DNA from: Candidatus Heimdallarchaeum endolithica
GTDB taxonomy: Archaea > Asgardarchaeota > Heimdallarchaeia > Heimdallarchaeales > Heimdallarchaeaceae
NCBI GenBank assembly: GCA_021513715.1
Contig: CP084167.1
Coordinates: 1,792,001-1,856,000, forward strand
Length of the DNA: 64,000 bases
Direction: 5' to 3'
The notes under the pieces were generated by a model. It was given only the letters and a program-made list of their open reading frames with translations, had not been told where the DNA came from and did not search any database. Positions 10,609 to 20,834 of the stretch are shown in pieces. A program made the position numbers and the translations under genes. How positions within the stretch are numbered: position 1 is the stretch's first letter; every line of letters starts with the position of its first letter.

Positions 10609-13599
10609 ATGGAAAATATTGAAGCTATTTGTATCAAAGTTCTATCTCAAAGGAAAGGAGAAAATCCTCTTACTTGTTTATTAGTTGAAGTAAGCAAAAT
10701 TCAATATGTTCTCAATCTTTGGTCTCCTTGGAATGGAATAGGTGACTATATTCAACCATATACAAAAATACGTGTTTTCAACGTAGACAAAAAAGAATAC
10801 AATGATTCAACCTATTATTCTGCAGGAAAAAAGGCTATAGTTGTCGTTGACCCTGATATTTTAATGAATGCTTCAACTATTGGAAATATATCCTATTGTC
10901 CTAGAAGTTATTACATTAGTGAAAAAATGGGAGATACTCTTTCTCCCTTATCTGCTATAAAAGGAACAATCGTTCATGTAGCTTTGAGTACGGCAATCGC
11001 AACTAGTAGTTCTCCTTTGGAAGTTTTATCTGATGTTATTGATTACTATTCAATCCAATTCGAGCAATTAGGCTATTCTCGTGAAATCATTGAAGCAGAA
11101 GTTTATAAAATGGTAGAAGCATTAGATAAATTCATTAATAGCTTGCCTGCAGAGACAATCCCAGAGTCACTCTTTTTTTCACCATATTTAGGGATCAGAG
11201 GGAGAATAGATGTGCTTGCAGAACAAATTTACGAACTTAAAACAGCCAAATTGGGTACAGATGATGAAGCCCGATTTTCAGATATGATGCAAGTAACGTT
11301 ATACGCTTTTGGTTTAACAGATATGAAAGAAAATATTGCACAAACTGATGGAACTGTTTTATATGTTGGGTCAGAAACTCTTCAACCAAAAAAAGTAAAC
11401 ATTAGTTGGGGAATCTTAAGGTATGCTATTCAAATGCGTAACATTGCTTATAGAATTTCTTTTTTGGATTATGTTCCTCCAATTCTTAATGATAAACAAT
11501 CCAGAAAATGCAACAAATGTTCAGTTCAAGTTATGTGTAGTCTTTTTTGCGCAGGATTAAATCAATTTAGAAGTTGTGACATATGTAACCACGCTAGTTT
11601 TTGCAGCAAAACAGCTTTACCTAAAAAAGAACAAGAATATTTCAATAAATATAGTTATTTATTATCTCAGGAAAGATTAGAAACAAACCGTAATTTAGCT
11701 GATTTGTGGAATCTTTCGCTAAAAGAGAGAATAGAAAAAGGGAAAACTATTAATGATTTAGTGTTAAAAAACGAAATTTTAGAAAATGGTATAAGAACAT
11801 TAGTTTTTTCATGTGATAATCAATCAGAAATAAGAGAAGGAGATGTTATCATTTTAAGTGATGGGGATGTAATTTCTAGCCCTATTAGTACAGGAACAGT
11901 AACTAATATTACTTCAACATCTATAGAAATAGAAACAAAAGCTCATCCTGAAAAAGTTTCTGTAATTGATTTATATTCTATTGATGTGGGATTTAATCGT
12001 CAACAAAGAGGATTATTCAACTTTATTTTTAAATCCAATGACTTTAAAAAGATAATCTTGGATCATAAACCTCCCGTTATAAAAAAAGTCAAAGGAAATT
12101 TTGTACCCAACAATTCATCTCAAAATGAAGCTATACAAAAGATTCTTGGTACTGAAAATTACTTATTAATTCAAGGACCTGCAGGAACAGGAAAAACGCA
12201 TGTAATTGCCAAATCTGCAATTTTACTCGCTGATAAAAAAGAGAAGGTTCTTTTAACAGCTTATACAAATCGAGCTGTTGACAACATGTGTAAATATCTA
12301 TTAGAAAATGGTTATCAAAACTTTGTTAGGTTAGGATCTACACATGCTACACAGAGAGAAATAAGAAAATACACTTTATTTTCTATATTAAAGAAAAATA
12401 AGAATAAAAAAGTACTTGACATCCTTGATAAATATCCAATAATTGTTGCGACAACATCCACTATTTCTTCACCAGTCTATTCTAATCTCGGAATACAAAT
12501 AGTAATAGTTGATGAAGCGAGCCAAATGACTGAAACAACTCTTCTTTCTGCTTTAATAGAAGGTAAAAAATTTATTCTTGTTGGAGATCACAAGCAATTA
12601 CCCCCTGTTATTCAAAGTGTGGTGTGTAAAAACGAAGGATTTGACATTTCATTATTTGAAAAATTAGCCAAATCTAATCCTCAATTTGTACATTTATTAA
12701 GAATCCAATTTAGAATGAATGAGAAAATAATGGAATTTTCAAATAAAAAGTTTTATGAGAACAAACTAGAATGTTTTGATAACCTAATTGCACTTCAAAA
12801 CTTATATGACTTAGGAAATTTCGCAGGCGATTTTCAGAAATTTGAAAATAATACTATCTATGACCCAAAAATGCCTTTAGTATACGTTCAAGTAAACGGA
12901 AAATTCAATCCTGAAAAAAAACTGAATGCTATGGAAGCTGAAATTGTTGCTACAATAGCTAAAAACTTTTTGAGATTAGGAATAAGCACTGAACAGATTG
13001 GAGTTATTGCACCCTATCGAGGGCAAGTAGGTGAAATAAGAAGATTTATACCTAGTGTTTCAGTCGATACCGTAGATAGGTTTCAAGGTTCTGACCGAGA
13101 GATTATAATTCTCTCATTAACAGAAGCAAATATTCACGGTTTCAAGGGATTTTCAGATGAAAGAAGACTCAATGTTGCTATTACGCGGGCTAAAAAGAAA
13201 CTTGTAGTAGTTGGAAACCCAAATCTTACTGAGGGAGAGTTAGGAGAGTACATTAGTTATCTAAGAGATAATGTAGAAAATGTTCAAGTTAAAGAGATAG
13301 AAGAAAAAGAAGAATTAATAGAAAAACAAATAAGAACGGTTATAGTTGCTGATTCCATATCAAAAGTTGCTTCATTTTTTAAAAAAGTTAAGGCAAAAGG
13401 AAAAGAGTTATACAAATCAAAAGAAGAAATAAACAAATGTCCAATTTGTTTCCAACAAGTTTATGAGAATGCTATTCAATGTCCAATTTGTGAAAAACTT
13501 TATCATTATACTCACTTAATCCAATGGATTAAAGAAAAAGGAAGATGCCCTTACTGCAAAACATCTTTATCTATATATTCTGTCTATGCAGAAGAGTAA
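10609..13599 (+). CDS. Dna2-like nuclease-helicase with C-terminal RING-like zinc finger
   Basis: YCPR plus CNKCSVQVMC Fe-S ligands; GRIDV..YELKT RecB/Cas4 nuclease; GPAGTGKT, DEASQ, FQGSDRE, RRLNVAITRAK; terminal CPIC-CPIC-H-H-W-CPYC. Confidence 0.88.
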   Translation: MENIEAICIKVLSQRKGENPLTCLLVEVSKIQYVLNLWSPWNGIGDYIQPYTKIRVFNVDKKEYNDSTYYSAGKKAIVVVDPDILMNASTIGNISYCPRSYYISEKMGDTLSPLSAIKGTIVHVALSTAIATSSSPLEVLSDVIDYYSIQFEQLGYSREIIEAEVYKMVEALDKFINSLPAETIPESLFFSPYLGIRGRIDVLAEQIYELKTAKLGTDDEARFSDMMQVTLYAFGLTDMKENIAQTDGTVLYVGSETLQPKKVNISWGILRYAIQMRNIAYRISFLDYVPPILNDKQSRKCNKCSVQVMCSLFCAGLNQFRSCDICNHASFCSKTALPKKEQEYFNKYSYLLSQERLETNRNLADLWNLSLKERIEKGKTINDLVLKNEILENGIRTLVFSCDNQSEIREGDVIILSDGDVISSPISTGTVTNITSTSIEIETKAHPEKVSVIDLYSIDVGFNRQQRGLFNFIFKSNDFKKIILDHKPPVIKKVKGNFVPNNSSQNEAIQKILGTENYLLIQGPAGTGKTHVIAKSAILLADKKEKVLLTAYTNRAVDNMCKYLLENGYQNFVRLGSTHATQREIRKYTLFSILKKNKNKKVLDILDKYPIIVATTSTISSPVYSNLGIQIVIVDEASQMTETTLLSALIEGKKFILVGDHKQLPPVIQSVVCKNEGFDISLFEKLAKSNPQFVHLLRIQFRMNEKIMEFSNKKFYENKLECFDNLIALQNLYDLGNFAGDFQKFENNTIYDPKMPLVYVQVNGKFNPEKKLNAMEAEIVATIAKNFLRLGISTEQIGVIAPYRGQVGEIRRFIPSVSVDTVDRFQGSDREIIILSLTEANIHGFKGFSDERRLNVAITRAKKKLVVVGNPNLTEGELGEYISYLRDNVENVQVKEIEEKEELIEKQIRTVIVADSISKVASFFKKVKAKGKELYKSKEEINKCPICFQQVYENAIQCPICEKLYHYTHLIQWIKEKGRCPYCKTSLSIYSVYAEE

Positions 13600-13614
13600 G
13601 GCGAAAAAATATAA

Positions 13615-15141
13615 CTAGTTAAAAAACTCATCTAGCGATGGTTGTTGCTTTTTATTCCTTTTTTGTTTCTTCTGCATCTCTTTCACTTTGGAGTCCTTAC
13701 TTTTTTGAGCTGTGGATTCAGTGTTTTTTTCTTTTTTCTTTTTCTTACTTTTTTCAACATTCAATTCTTCAGTTTCTTCATCTCGCTTTTCTTCTTCAAA
13801 GTGTGAAATTAAAGGTGTTACTTTTGAAGAAGGAGACGAGAGAGTTACTTCTTTTACAAAATCAACATACAGTTCGTCCATGTATTCTTGAATTAGCTTC
13901 GTTTGATTAGCATTTTTTTCAGTTAAATAATCTGTCTCTGCTTCTTCAAGATTCAACCAAGTAGCTATTCCTGCAGCCATTTTTGCATCATTTTTAAAAA
14001 TAGATCTCAAATATGGATAAATGTCTTGTTTAAATTGAGAAGAAGAGCAGTGAAATTTTGATTTGCTTTTTTTAATGATTGACGTGAGCTTAGCTTCTTT
14101 CATTCTTAATCTGCCAATTTTTGCCCAATACGAGGGAAAAGTATATCTTACTTGCTTATAGGGCGAAGTTTTCATTAATCCTACGCTAGAAATAAATACA
14201 AAAAAATATTTCAGAAAAATCCAATTTTGAGTTAAATATGCTTGAGATAAATAGAAGTCTGCTTCCGCTATAAGTGAATACATATTATCTAATTCTTTTG
14301 GACTTTTAGCTTGCTTATAGCTGTGCTCGTCTACGTAATTTAATAACTCTCTATAATCTACATCTAAACCCTCAATAGCTTTTCTTGCTGATTCTAAGCT
14401 TTTTGCATAATAAATTTTTGATAATGCTTGATTTAGTTTTTGTTCTTGATTTCTTTGAGAAAATTCAAATTTCACATCAACCGATAATGAATCTTTAAGA
14501 GCAATACTTTCTAAATCATTTAGAGCTGAACGTGCATCACCCGAGCTGTTTTTTGCAATATCCAATAAAACTTCATCATCAATTGTAAGATTTTCTTTTT
14601 TGACAATACGTTTTAGTAACTCAATTATTTCATCAATTGTTAAATGATGAAATTCAACAATTTTCATGTGCCTTTTTGCAGAACTTAACGATTTAGCTTC
14701 AACATCATTTGCTGTAACAATGATGGGGATTTGAGTTCCCTTAATTGCTTTTTCTAAAGCTTTTCCTCCTCCTCTATCTTGATTTCCAAATAATCCATCA
14801 GCTTCATCAACAATGATCATTTTTCTAACTGTTCCACCTTGCAAAACTGTTCCTTCAGTGGAAGCTTTACCAACAAGTAATTCAACAGCCTTTTTATTTC
14901 TTTTATCACTTGCATTGACTTCAATATACTCATAATTATATTTTCTAGCTAAATATAAGGCTACACTTGTTTTTCCTACTCCAGCAGGACCAACTAATAA
15001 AATAACTTTTTTCTTTTCTTGATTCCAATTTCGTAGCCATCTTTCAATTTCTTTTACTATAAGCTTATTCCCAACAAAATCATCAAGTACTTTGGGTCGA
15101 TATTTCTCCACAAATGGTAAATTAAGAGATTCAGAACTCAT
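13615..15141 (-). CDS. rfcL: Replication factor C large subunit
   Basis: EKYRP, GPAGVGKT, EVNASD and DEADG motifs; C-terminal PIP box QPSLDEFF; start taken at ATG 15141. Confidence 0.93.
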   Translation of the reverse strand: MSSESLNLPFVEKYRPKVLDDFVGNKLIVKEIERWLRNWNQEKKKVILLVGPAGVGKTSVALYLARKYNYEYIEVNASDKRNKKAVELLVGKASTEGTVLQGGTVRKMIIVDEADGLFGNQDRGGGKALEKAIKGTQIPIIVTANDVEAKSLSSAKRHMKIVEFHHLTIDEIIELLKRIVKKENLTIDDEVLLDIAKNSSGDARSALNDLESIALKDSLSVDVKFEFSQRNQEQKLNQALSKIYYAKSLESARKAIEGLDVDYRELLNYVDEHSYKQAKSPKELDNMYSLIAEADFYLSQAYLTQNWIFLKYFFVFISSVGLMKTSPYKQVRYTFPSYWAKIGRLRMKEAKLTSIIKKSKSKFHCSSSQFKQDIYPYLRSIFKNDAKMAAGIATWLNLEEAETDYLTEKNANQTKLIQEYMDELYVDFVKEVTLSSPSSKVTPLISHFEEEKRDEETEELNVEKSKKKKKEKNTESTAQKSKDSKVKEMQKKQKRNKKQQPSLDEFFN

Positions 15142-15199
15142 AAGGCAAAATAGAATAAAAGTTTTAACTATAAAAAATATTCTCAAGAAGAGAATGGAG

Positions 15200-15820
15200 C
15201 TATTCTTTCTTATCTTTTGTATCTTTGGTAAACAGCATTTTCCCTAGAATTCCTCCTATTCCTCCTCCGATAAGACCAATAATTCCTACGAAAACAAATG
15301 AACCTATAACTAGGGTAAAGAAAAACATTACAAAGAATAATAGAAAACCTGATATTCCAGCAATATTCCAATCAAAGGACACAGCCATTATTGAAAAAAC
15401 AACATCTAGAAAAATAAATGATAAAGTTGCAGAAGTAGAACCAGCTCGTAACCCTCCTCTTGATACTAGACCTCCAGCGAAGGAGCCAACTAACCATATT
15501 CCAAGGATAAGAAAATATAACCCTGCGTTTCCAAATTTATTACCAATAGCAAACGATTGATCTATGTTCAATTCAGAAAACATTGGTAAAAAACCGATAG
15601 GCAGATTAAACTTGAACGGAATAAAGAGGTTAACAATTAGCAGCATTAATAAAATTGTAAAAAAGTGCCCTCCAAAACCATATCTATCAACAAGATAATC
15701 ATGAGCTTCAACTAATGGAATAATGTCAATTGTAGGCCATAATATAAACATAATTAGTACTACTACAAGAGTACAAGTCACAAAACCAACAAAAGATCTT
15801 AATATTCTTCTTCCAAGCAT
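15200..15820 (-). CDS. Membrane protein, unknown function
   Basis: About 5 TM segments; Gly-rich C-terminal helix. Confidence 0.7.
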   Translation of the reverse strand: MLGRRILRSFVGFVTCTLVVVLIMFILWPTIDIIPLVEAHDYLVDRYGFGGHFFTILLMLLIVNLFIPFKFNLPIGFLPMFSELNIDQSFAIGNKFGNAGLYFLILGIWLVGSFAGGLVSRGGLRAGSTSATLSFIFLDVVFSIMAVSFDWNIAGISGFLLFFVMFFFTLVIGSFVFVGIIGLIGGGIGGILGKMLFTKDTKDKKE

Positions 15821-15917
15821 CTTGTAAATGTTGTCTCTTCTGTTATTTATTTCTTTTCAAAAAAAAATAGGAGAATTTCTCCCAAAAATTTTTATTAGCA
15901 TTAATTTTTCTTTAATT

Positions 15918-16745
15918 ATGGTTTTAATTGGACAGACATTACAAGCATATAAAGGTCTAAGTACAGAACAACTTTTACTCTTTGTAAAAACATTAGGTTT
16001 TGAATCTTGTGAGATAAATCCCGCAGGAACGTCTTTGGAAAATGTAGAAAAAGTGATTTCTAAAGTTGGAAACATGAAGTTAACTTTTCACCTTCCAATA
16101 CAGGGAATTGAAGGCTACGATTTTTCTCAAGAAGATAAAACTGAACAAATCAATGATGTTATTTCTCTTATTAACAACTATGGAGATAAACTTAATCTTA
16201 TTCTAGCTGTTGTTCATCCTCCAGAAGGAAATGGTACTATTGAAGTTTTAGCAAGGAATCTAAAAAAACTGAAAATTCCTATTGTTTTAGAAAATGTTGT
16301 GTGGTACTCAAATGACGAGTTTAAAGAAATGTATGAAAAACTAAAGATAGAACTAGGAGAGCAGTTAAAGGGATGGTTATTTGATGTAGCTCACTCTTAT
16401 TTAAGAAATGGGAAAGAGCACTATTTGGATATTCTAGACCTACTTCCTTTTTCAGAATTAGAAGAAATACATCTATCAGACTGTTTAGAAGGAGAAGATT
16501 CCCACTATGCTTTTGGAGCAGGAATTCTCCCCATTGACGAGATATTAAGAGAGATTAAAGAAAGAGGGTATGATAAAATTATAGTAAACGAGATTGATGC
16601 ACACCCTACAATTTGGGATGTAATTGATTCCTACAGAAAAGTGGCTAGAGAATTTAAGAAAAAATTATATCGAAAGGTTACATTTAGACTAGCTATAACT
16701 AAGCCAATAATACGAGCAAAACTAAAGAAAAATAAGATAATTTAA
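15918..16745 (+). CDS. Sugar-phosphate isomerase/epimerase (AP endonuclease 2 TIM barrel) family
   Basis: FHLP, VVHP, LEN, FDVAH, EIHLSD and DSH...GAG metal motifs. Confidence 0.85.
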   Translation: MVLIGQTLQAYKGLSTEQLLLFVKTLGFESCEINPAGTSLENVEKVISKVGNMKLTFHLPIQGIEGYDFSQEDKTEQINDVISLINNYGDKLNLILAVVHPPEGNGTIEVLARNLKKLKIPIVLENVVWYSNDEFKEMYEKLKIELGEQLKGWLFDVAHSYLRNGKEHYLDILDLLPFSELEEIHLSDCLEGEDSHYAFGAGILPIDEILREIKERGYDKIIVNEIDAHPTIWDVIDSYRKVAREFKKKLYRKVTFRLAITKPIIRAKLKKNKII

Positions 16746-16759
16746 TTTTTATCTTATTA

Positions 16760-17017
16760 CTATTCTTCAGTTGTTTTTTGAAGAACTTTCAGGGATACAT
16801 CTATGAGTTTAAGATAAGAATTCATCGCAGCTCGAGCTGAAACGCTATCTTTTGCTTTAATTAATAGAAAAAGATCTTTTTTATCTACATTAATAGTAAC
16901 AACAGCTCTATCATTAACTAGATTTTTTGTTTCAATTTCTAAACTATCAGCAATAATTTTACATGTATTTTCATCTTCAAAGGATATTCTTGAAGTAAAC
17001 TCTATCCCATCAATCAT
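16760..17017 (-). CDS. pcc1: KEOPS Pcc1-family protein
   Basis: IKAKDSVSARAAMNSYL motif; conserved position after Brix. Confidence 0.8.
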   Translation of the reverse strand: MIDGIEFTSRISFEDENTCKIIADSLEIETKNLVNDRAVVTINVDKKDLFLLIKAKDSVSARAAMNSYLKLIDVSLKVLQKTTEE

Positions 17018-17028
17018 TTTATAATCAC

Positions 17029-17583
17029 TTAGCTAACTTTTTCAACCCTTCGTGAGACTATTTTTAATTTCATTCTGGGTCCAACTGAGTTATTTTCTGA
17101 ATCTAAAAATTCTATAAAAATTATATTTTCATCTTTATCAATGTAATCAGCATACATTGTTAGAAAACTATTTTTTTCAAAGTCAACAACTTTTTGTTCA
17201 GTAATATTAAATATTGTTCTTAATACCTTTTCTTCATTCAATTCTATACTGGAGATTAAGATAAGATTGCTAGGTCGCTTAATTTTTTTTGCATGATAAT
17301 CGCGAGACAAAGTTAGCCCTCTAAGTTTAATCGCAAATGGAAGTTCCATTGGTTCAGACTTTGATAAATCAAAAATTCTCCAAAAATTTGGATTACCTTT
17401 AACTGAGTTTATTACAACTGCAAGTTCAAACCCCTCAGAATGCAACTTGGCTAAAGTAAAACTTAAGTTTTGAGTACCTCTTGAGAATTTCTCAGATTCT
17501 GGTACAACACTTATAATATCTTTGAGAAATGATCGCGTTTTATTAGAAGGATCTCGTGATGTTGTAAAAGCTACTTTAGTCAT
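17029..17583 (-). CDS. Brix/Imp4-domain ribosome biogenesis protein
   Basis: TTSRDPSNKTRSF...SRG...KGNP; exosome operon context. Confidence 0.88.
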   Translation of the reverse strand: MTKVAFTTSRDPSNKTRSFLKDIISVVPESEKFSRGTQNLSFTLAKLHSEGFELAVVINSVKGNPNFWRIFDLSKSEPMELPFAIKLRGLTLSRDYHAKKIKRPSNLILISSIELNEEKVLRTIFNITEQKVVDFEKNSFLTMYADYIDKDENIIFIEFLDSENNSVGPRMKLKIVSRRVEKVS

Positions 17584-17662
17584 ACTTTTGTTAAATAGTT
17601 TATAAATAAAAAGATACTGATTCTAGGTAAAAATTGAAAAGATAAGAATTTATCACAAAAAT

Positions 17663-17935
17663 TTATTCTGAACTTTCAGCAATTCTTGAAATTCTTCTTA
17701 AGATGCTTCTTCCTGCACTTGTTTGTGGCTCCCAAGCTCCACCTGCTCTTTTTTCTCCGCAAGATGTACATACCCAAATCCCTAAACCATCTCGCTTAAA
17801 TGTGCGTTTCAAACACCTAGGGCATTTATATTTTGCTTTACTTCTATTTTCTACTTCTCTTACACGTTTTCGAATTGTACTTCCATAACGTGTTCCGAAT
17901 CGTCCTGTTGAACCAACTTTTTTTGTACGAGCCAT
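17663..17935 (-). CDS. rpl37ae: 50S ribosomal protein L37ae (eL43)
   Basis: GRFGTRYG, CPRC...GIWVCTSC...AGGAW. Confidence 0.96.
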   Translation of the reverse strand: MARTKKVGSTGRFGTRYGSTIRKRVREVENRSKAKYKCPRCLKRTFKRDGLGIWVCTSCGEKRAGGAWEPQTSAGRSILRRISRIAESSE

Positions 17936-18028
17936 AGTAATCACGAAAATTGTTCTTCTTTATCCTTACTATCCAAAAAAAAAGTGTATTTTTTAACGTT
18001 TCGTTATTGAAGAAGATGAAAAAAGGGA

Positions 18029-18859
18029 TTAGTTTCCCTTCTTAAACTCCTCTATTGCTTTTAACAATTCTGCTCGATAACTTTTTGAAACTTCAAGACA
18101 TTCCTTAGCTATAGGAATAAGTTCATCAGGTTTAAGGACACCTATTCCTCCTTTTTGAGCAGACACAATGTGTCCTTCTTCATCAAAACCAAAAGTAATC
18201 CTACAATCTGCAATTCTTTCTTCTTTTAATATTGGATCTATGATTCTGTGTTTTCCTATCTTATAGCTAGTTACAGTAACAGGATAATGATCTAGCTCAA
18301 GAGTTTCTTTTTCTTCTAGCACTTCAGGCTCTCCCTCTTCATTTAATTTTACTTTAGGTATTTTTGTAGTTGATAATGCAGCTAAAGAGGCTAAAGTAGC
18401 AGCATCAATCAGATTCCCATCAGCGTTTAAAACGTACATATCAATGAAAAGTATCCATACATATTTCCCTGGGACAATACACAATTTTGAGAGATCAATG
18501 CAATGTGATTCTCTAATGGCCCTGTCTGTAACTCTTGCTAGTTCAATTGCATCATCTCCAGGAGGGCCAGATTCATAATAGGGAGATGCGATAGGGGAAA
18601 GTTCTGCACTAGTTGTTATCACTCCAGAGTCAGGCGTATCTGGAAAAGGAGAACCTAATGTTGCTTTTACTCCAGCAATAATTTTTGTTTCTCCCAAAGT
18701 TACTATAGCTGAACCTTCTGCCTTTGTTTCAACAAAGTTTAATTCAAATTTAATTGGTCTATGTTCTTGTTTTTCTCTTCCACCAATTCTTTTTCCTTGA
18801 TCTAATAAGGTTAATATGTAATCTTTTTCTATTTCTGAGACAACATAATCATCTGACAT
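18029..18859 (-). CDS. rrp42: Exosome core subunit Rrp42
   Basis: PFPDTPDSG, ELARVTDRAIRES, DGNLIDA. Confidence 0.95.
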   Translation of the reverse strand: MSDDYVVSEIEKDYILTLLDQGKRIGGREKQEHRPIKFELNFVETKAEGSAIVTLGETKIIAGVKATLGSPFPDTPDSGVITTSAELSPIASPYYESGPPGDDAIELARVTDRAIRESHCIDLSKLCIVPGKYVWILFIDMYVLNADGNLIDAATLASLAALSTTKIPKVKLNEEGEPEVLEEKETLELDHYPVTVTSYKIGKHRIIDPILKEERIADCRITFGFDEEGHIVSAQKGGIGVLKPDELIPIAKECLEVSKSYRAELLKAIEEFKKGN

Positions 18860-18861
18860 TT

Positions 18862-20094
18862 TTATTCCTCCAAATCATCTATTTCTTTATGCTCTGTTTC
18901 ATTTTCCACTGATTCAGAACTATCATCAGTTATAGATTCGTTATTTTTTTCTGGTTCTCCAGTTTCTAGGCTAGTTATATCCTCTTCTAATTCTTTTTCA
19001 TCGTCTAGCTCATCATTTAGCTCTTCAGCTATATCACTAACTAAATCTTGTTCTTCAACCTCTGAGTCCTCAACTTCAGAAACTTCCTCAACCTCTGAAA
19101 CAGACTCTGCTTCAGGGGCTTCTTCAGCCTTTGAGACTTCCTCAACTTCAGAAACTTCCTCAATCTCTGAAACAGACTCCTCTACTTCATGGACTTCCTC
19201 AACCTCTGAGACTTCTTCAGTCTTTTTTTCTTCTAATTCTTCTGACTCAACTTCATCAATAGCAGTTTCATCAACTGAAGCCTCACTTTCAGCTAAAGAT
19301 TGACTTACAATTTCTATAGTATCTTCTTCTTCTGCTTCTTCCTCTTCTGATTCTCCAGCAAATTCAGCTCTAATGAGAGCATATTTTTCTCTTAAAGCTT
19401 TTTTCTGAATTTCATAGATTTGCTTAGCGCCTTCAATTGCTAGTTTTACTGCTTCTTCAAATTGTTCAATTGTAAAAACTCCATCTAATTGTAAGAGAGA
19501 GATTTCATCTAATGTTGCAGAATATCCAATTGGAATGTCTCCAGAACCCTTCTGATCTTCAATATCATGAAGGTCTAATACTACTGTATCGTTTACCAAT
19601 CCTGCAGCAACCCCTGAAATTATTCCACGCATTGGGATTCCAGCATCAGCTAAAGCTGTACATGCTGCAGTTAAGCTTGCGCACCTTGTTCCACCATCTG
19701 CTTGTAAAACTTGAATATAAATATCAATTGTTGTTCTTGGAAAATCCTTAGTAAGGATTACAGAATTTAAAGCATCTGATATTACTTTCGAGATTTCTCT
19801 TTCTCTTCTTGAGGGTGCAGGACTTTTTCTCTCAGCTACTGAAAAAGTCGACATTCTATAATAACACTGTACCAATGCTCTATCAGGCAAAGCTAAATGT
19901 TTTGGATGAAGTTCTCTTGGTCCATAAACAGCTGCTAGGATTTTATTATTTCCCATATAAATGAGAGCACTACCGTCAGCATTATTTAAAACACCTACCT
20001 CTATTTTAGTAGGACGAAGTTCATTAAATTTTCTTCCATCTGTTCTTTTTCCTGTTTTTTCATCAATTAATTTTACTGAACCATCACCGGCCAT
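18862..20094 (-). CDS. rrp41: Exosome core subunit Rrp41 with ~165-aa acidic C-terminal extension
   Basis: RTDGR, VYGPRELHPKH, QADGGTRCA; E/S/V-rich tail. Confidence 0.95.
   Translation of the reverse strand: MAGDGSVKLIDEKTGKRTDGRKFNELRPTKIEVGVLNNADGSALIYMGNNKILAAVYGPRELHPKHLALPDRALVQCYYRMSTFSVAERKSPAPSRREREISKVISDALNSVILTKDFPRTTIDIYIQVLQADGGTRCASLTAACTALADAGIPMRGIISGVAAGLVNDTVVLDLHDIEDQKGSGDIPIGYSATLDEISLLQLDGVFTIEQFEEAVKLAIEGAKQIYEIQKKALREKYALIRAEFAGESEEEEAEEEDTIEIVSQSLAESEASVDETAIDEVESEELEEKKTEEVSEVEEVHEVEESVSEIEEVSEVEEVSKAEEAPEAESVSEVEEVSEVEDSEVEEQDLVSDIAEELNDELDDEKELEEDITSLETGEPEKNNESITDDSSESVENETEHKEIDDLEE
19050..19220 (-). repeat. Imperfect 18-bp coding tandem repeats (EEVSEV units) in the Rrp41 tail
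   Basis: Recurrent acttcctcaac(c/t)tc(t/a)ga units. Confidence 0.8.
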
Positions 20095-20098
20095 ATAA

Positions 20099-20785
20099 TC
20101 ACCTTTTTGAATTTAAAAATTCGTTAATTCTATTTGTTAGATTTTGTGTATGAGCTTCTCGCTCAATTTTCTTAATTGCTTCAATAGCACGTAATTCATC
20201 TTGGATTTTTTTCCCTTGAACCCATATTCTCCCATTTTGCCCAGTTATAATCTGGCATCTTGTTAATCTTTTTATCATATTTATCATACTACCTTTCTTT
20301 CCTATTACTCTTGGAATATGAGCTGCTTCAATCTCTATAACTCGCCCTCCTTTTAACTTCCCGAGACCACGTTCTTTAGTTGAAAGGTTAGGATCTTTTG
20401 TTCTATCAAAAGCAACTATTTTTGCTAAAACAATATCACCAACATCAAAAATTTTTCTTGCATCAGCCATTACTGGGTCAAAACGCTTTGTTACTGCATT
20501 CATACTTGTAAGAACTCCAACATAGGGAGAACCAATATCTAGTATCCAGTTTGTTAATCCAACATCTATAACTAATCCAATTACTAAGTCTCCTGCTCTT
20601 GGCAAATATTTACCTTTTAACGATTTTACAGAGATATAGTCCCCTCTATCCCTAAATAATCCAACAACAGTAGCGTAGTAATTGTTGTCTTGTCTTACGA
20701 CACCACTACCATATTTAAAATGACCAGTTGCAAGTTTATCTCCCGGTACAACTATGGCATGATTTTCAAAAAATATTTCATTCAT
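20099..20785 (-). CDS. rrp4: Exosome cap subunit Rrp4
   Basis: VVPGD, YLPRAGDLVIG, IPRVIGKKGSM KH motif, EREAH. Confidence 0.95.
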   Translation of the reverse strand: MNEIFFENHAIVVPGDKLATGHFKYGSGVVRQDNNYYATVVGLFRDRGDYISVKSLKGKYLPRAGDLVIGLVIDVGLTNWILDIGSPYVGVLTSMNAVTKRFDPVMADARKIFDVGDIVLAKIVAFDRTKDPNLSTKERGLGKLKGGRVIEIEAAHIPRVIGKKGSMINMIKRLTRCQIITGQNGRIWVQGKKIQDELRAIEAIKKIEREAHTQNLTNRINEFLNSKR

Positions 20786-20834
20786 ATTTTTTTCACAACT
20801 CCTAATAATAATTGTTTCTTTACACTATTTGTTT

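Noticed and set aside
10609-11700. CRISPR Cas4 gene
   Set aside because: The Cas4-like fold is the nuclease domain of Dna2
16760-17017. Two Pcc1 paralogs as a novelty
   Set aside because: Pcc1/Pcc2 paralog pairs at these two loci are already known in archaea
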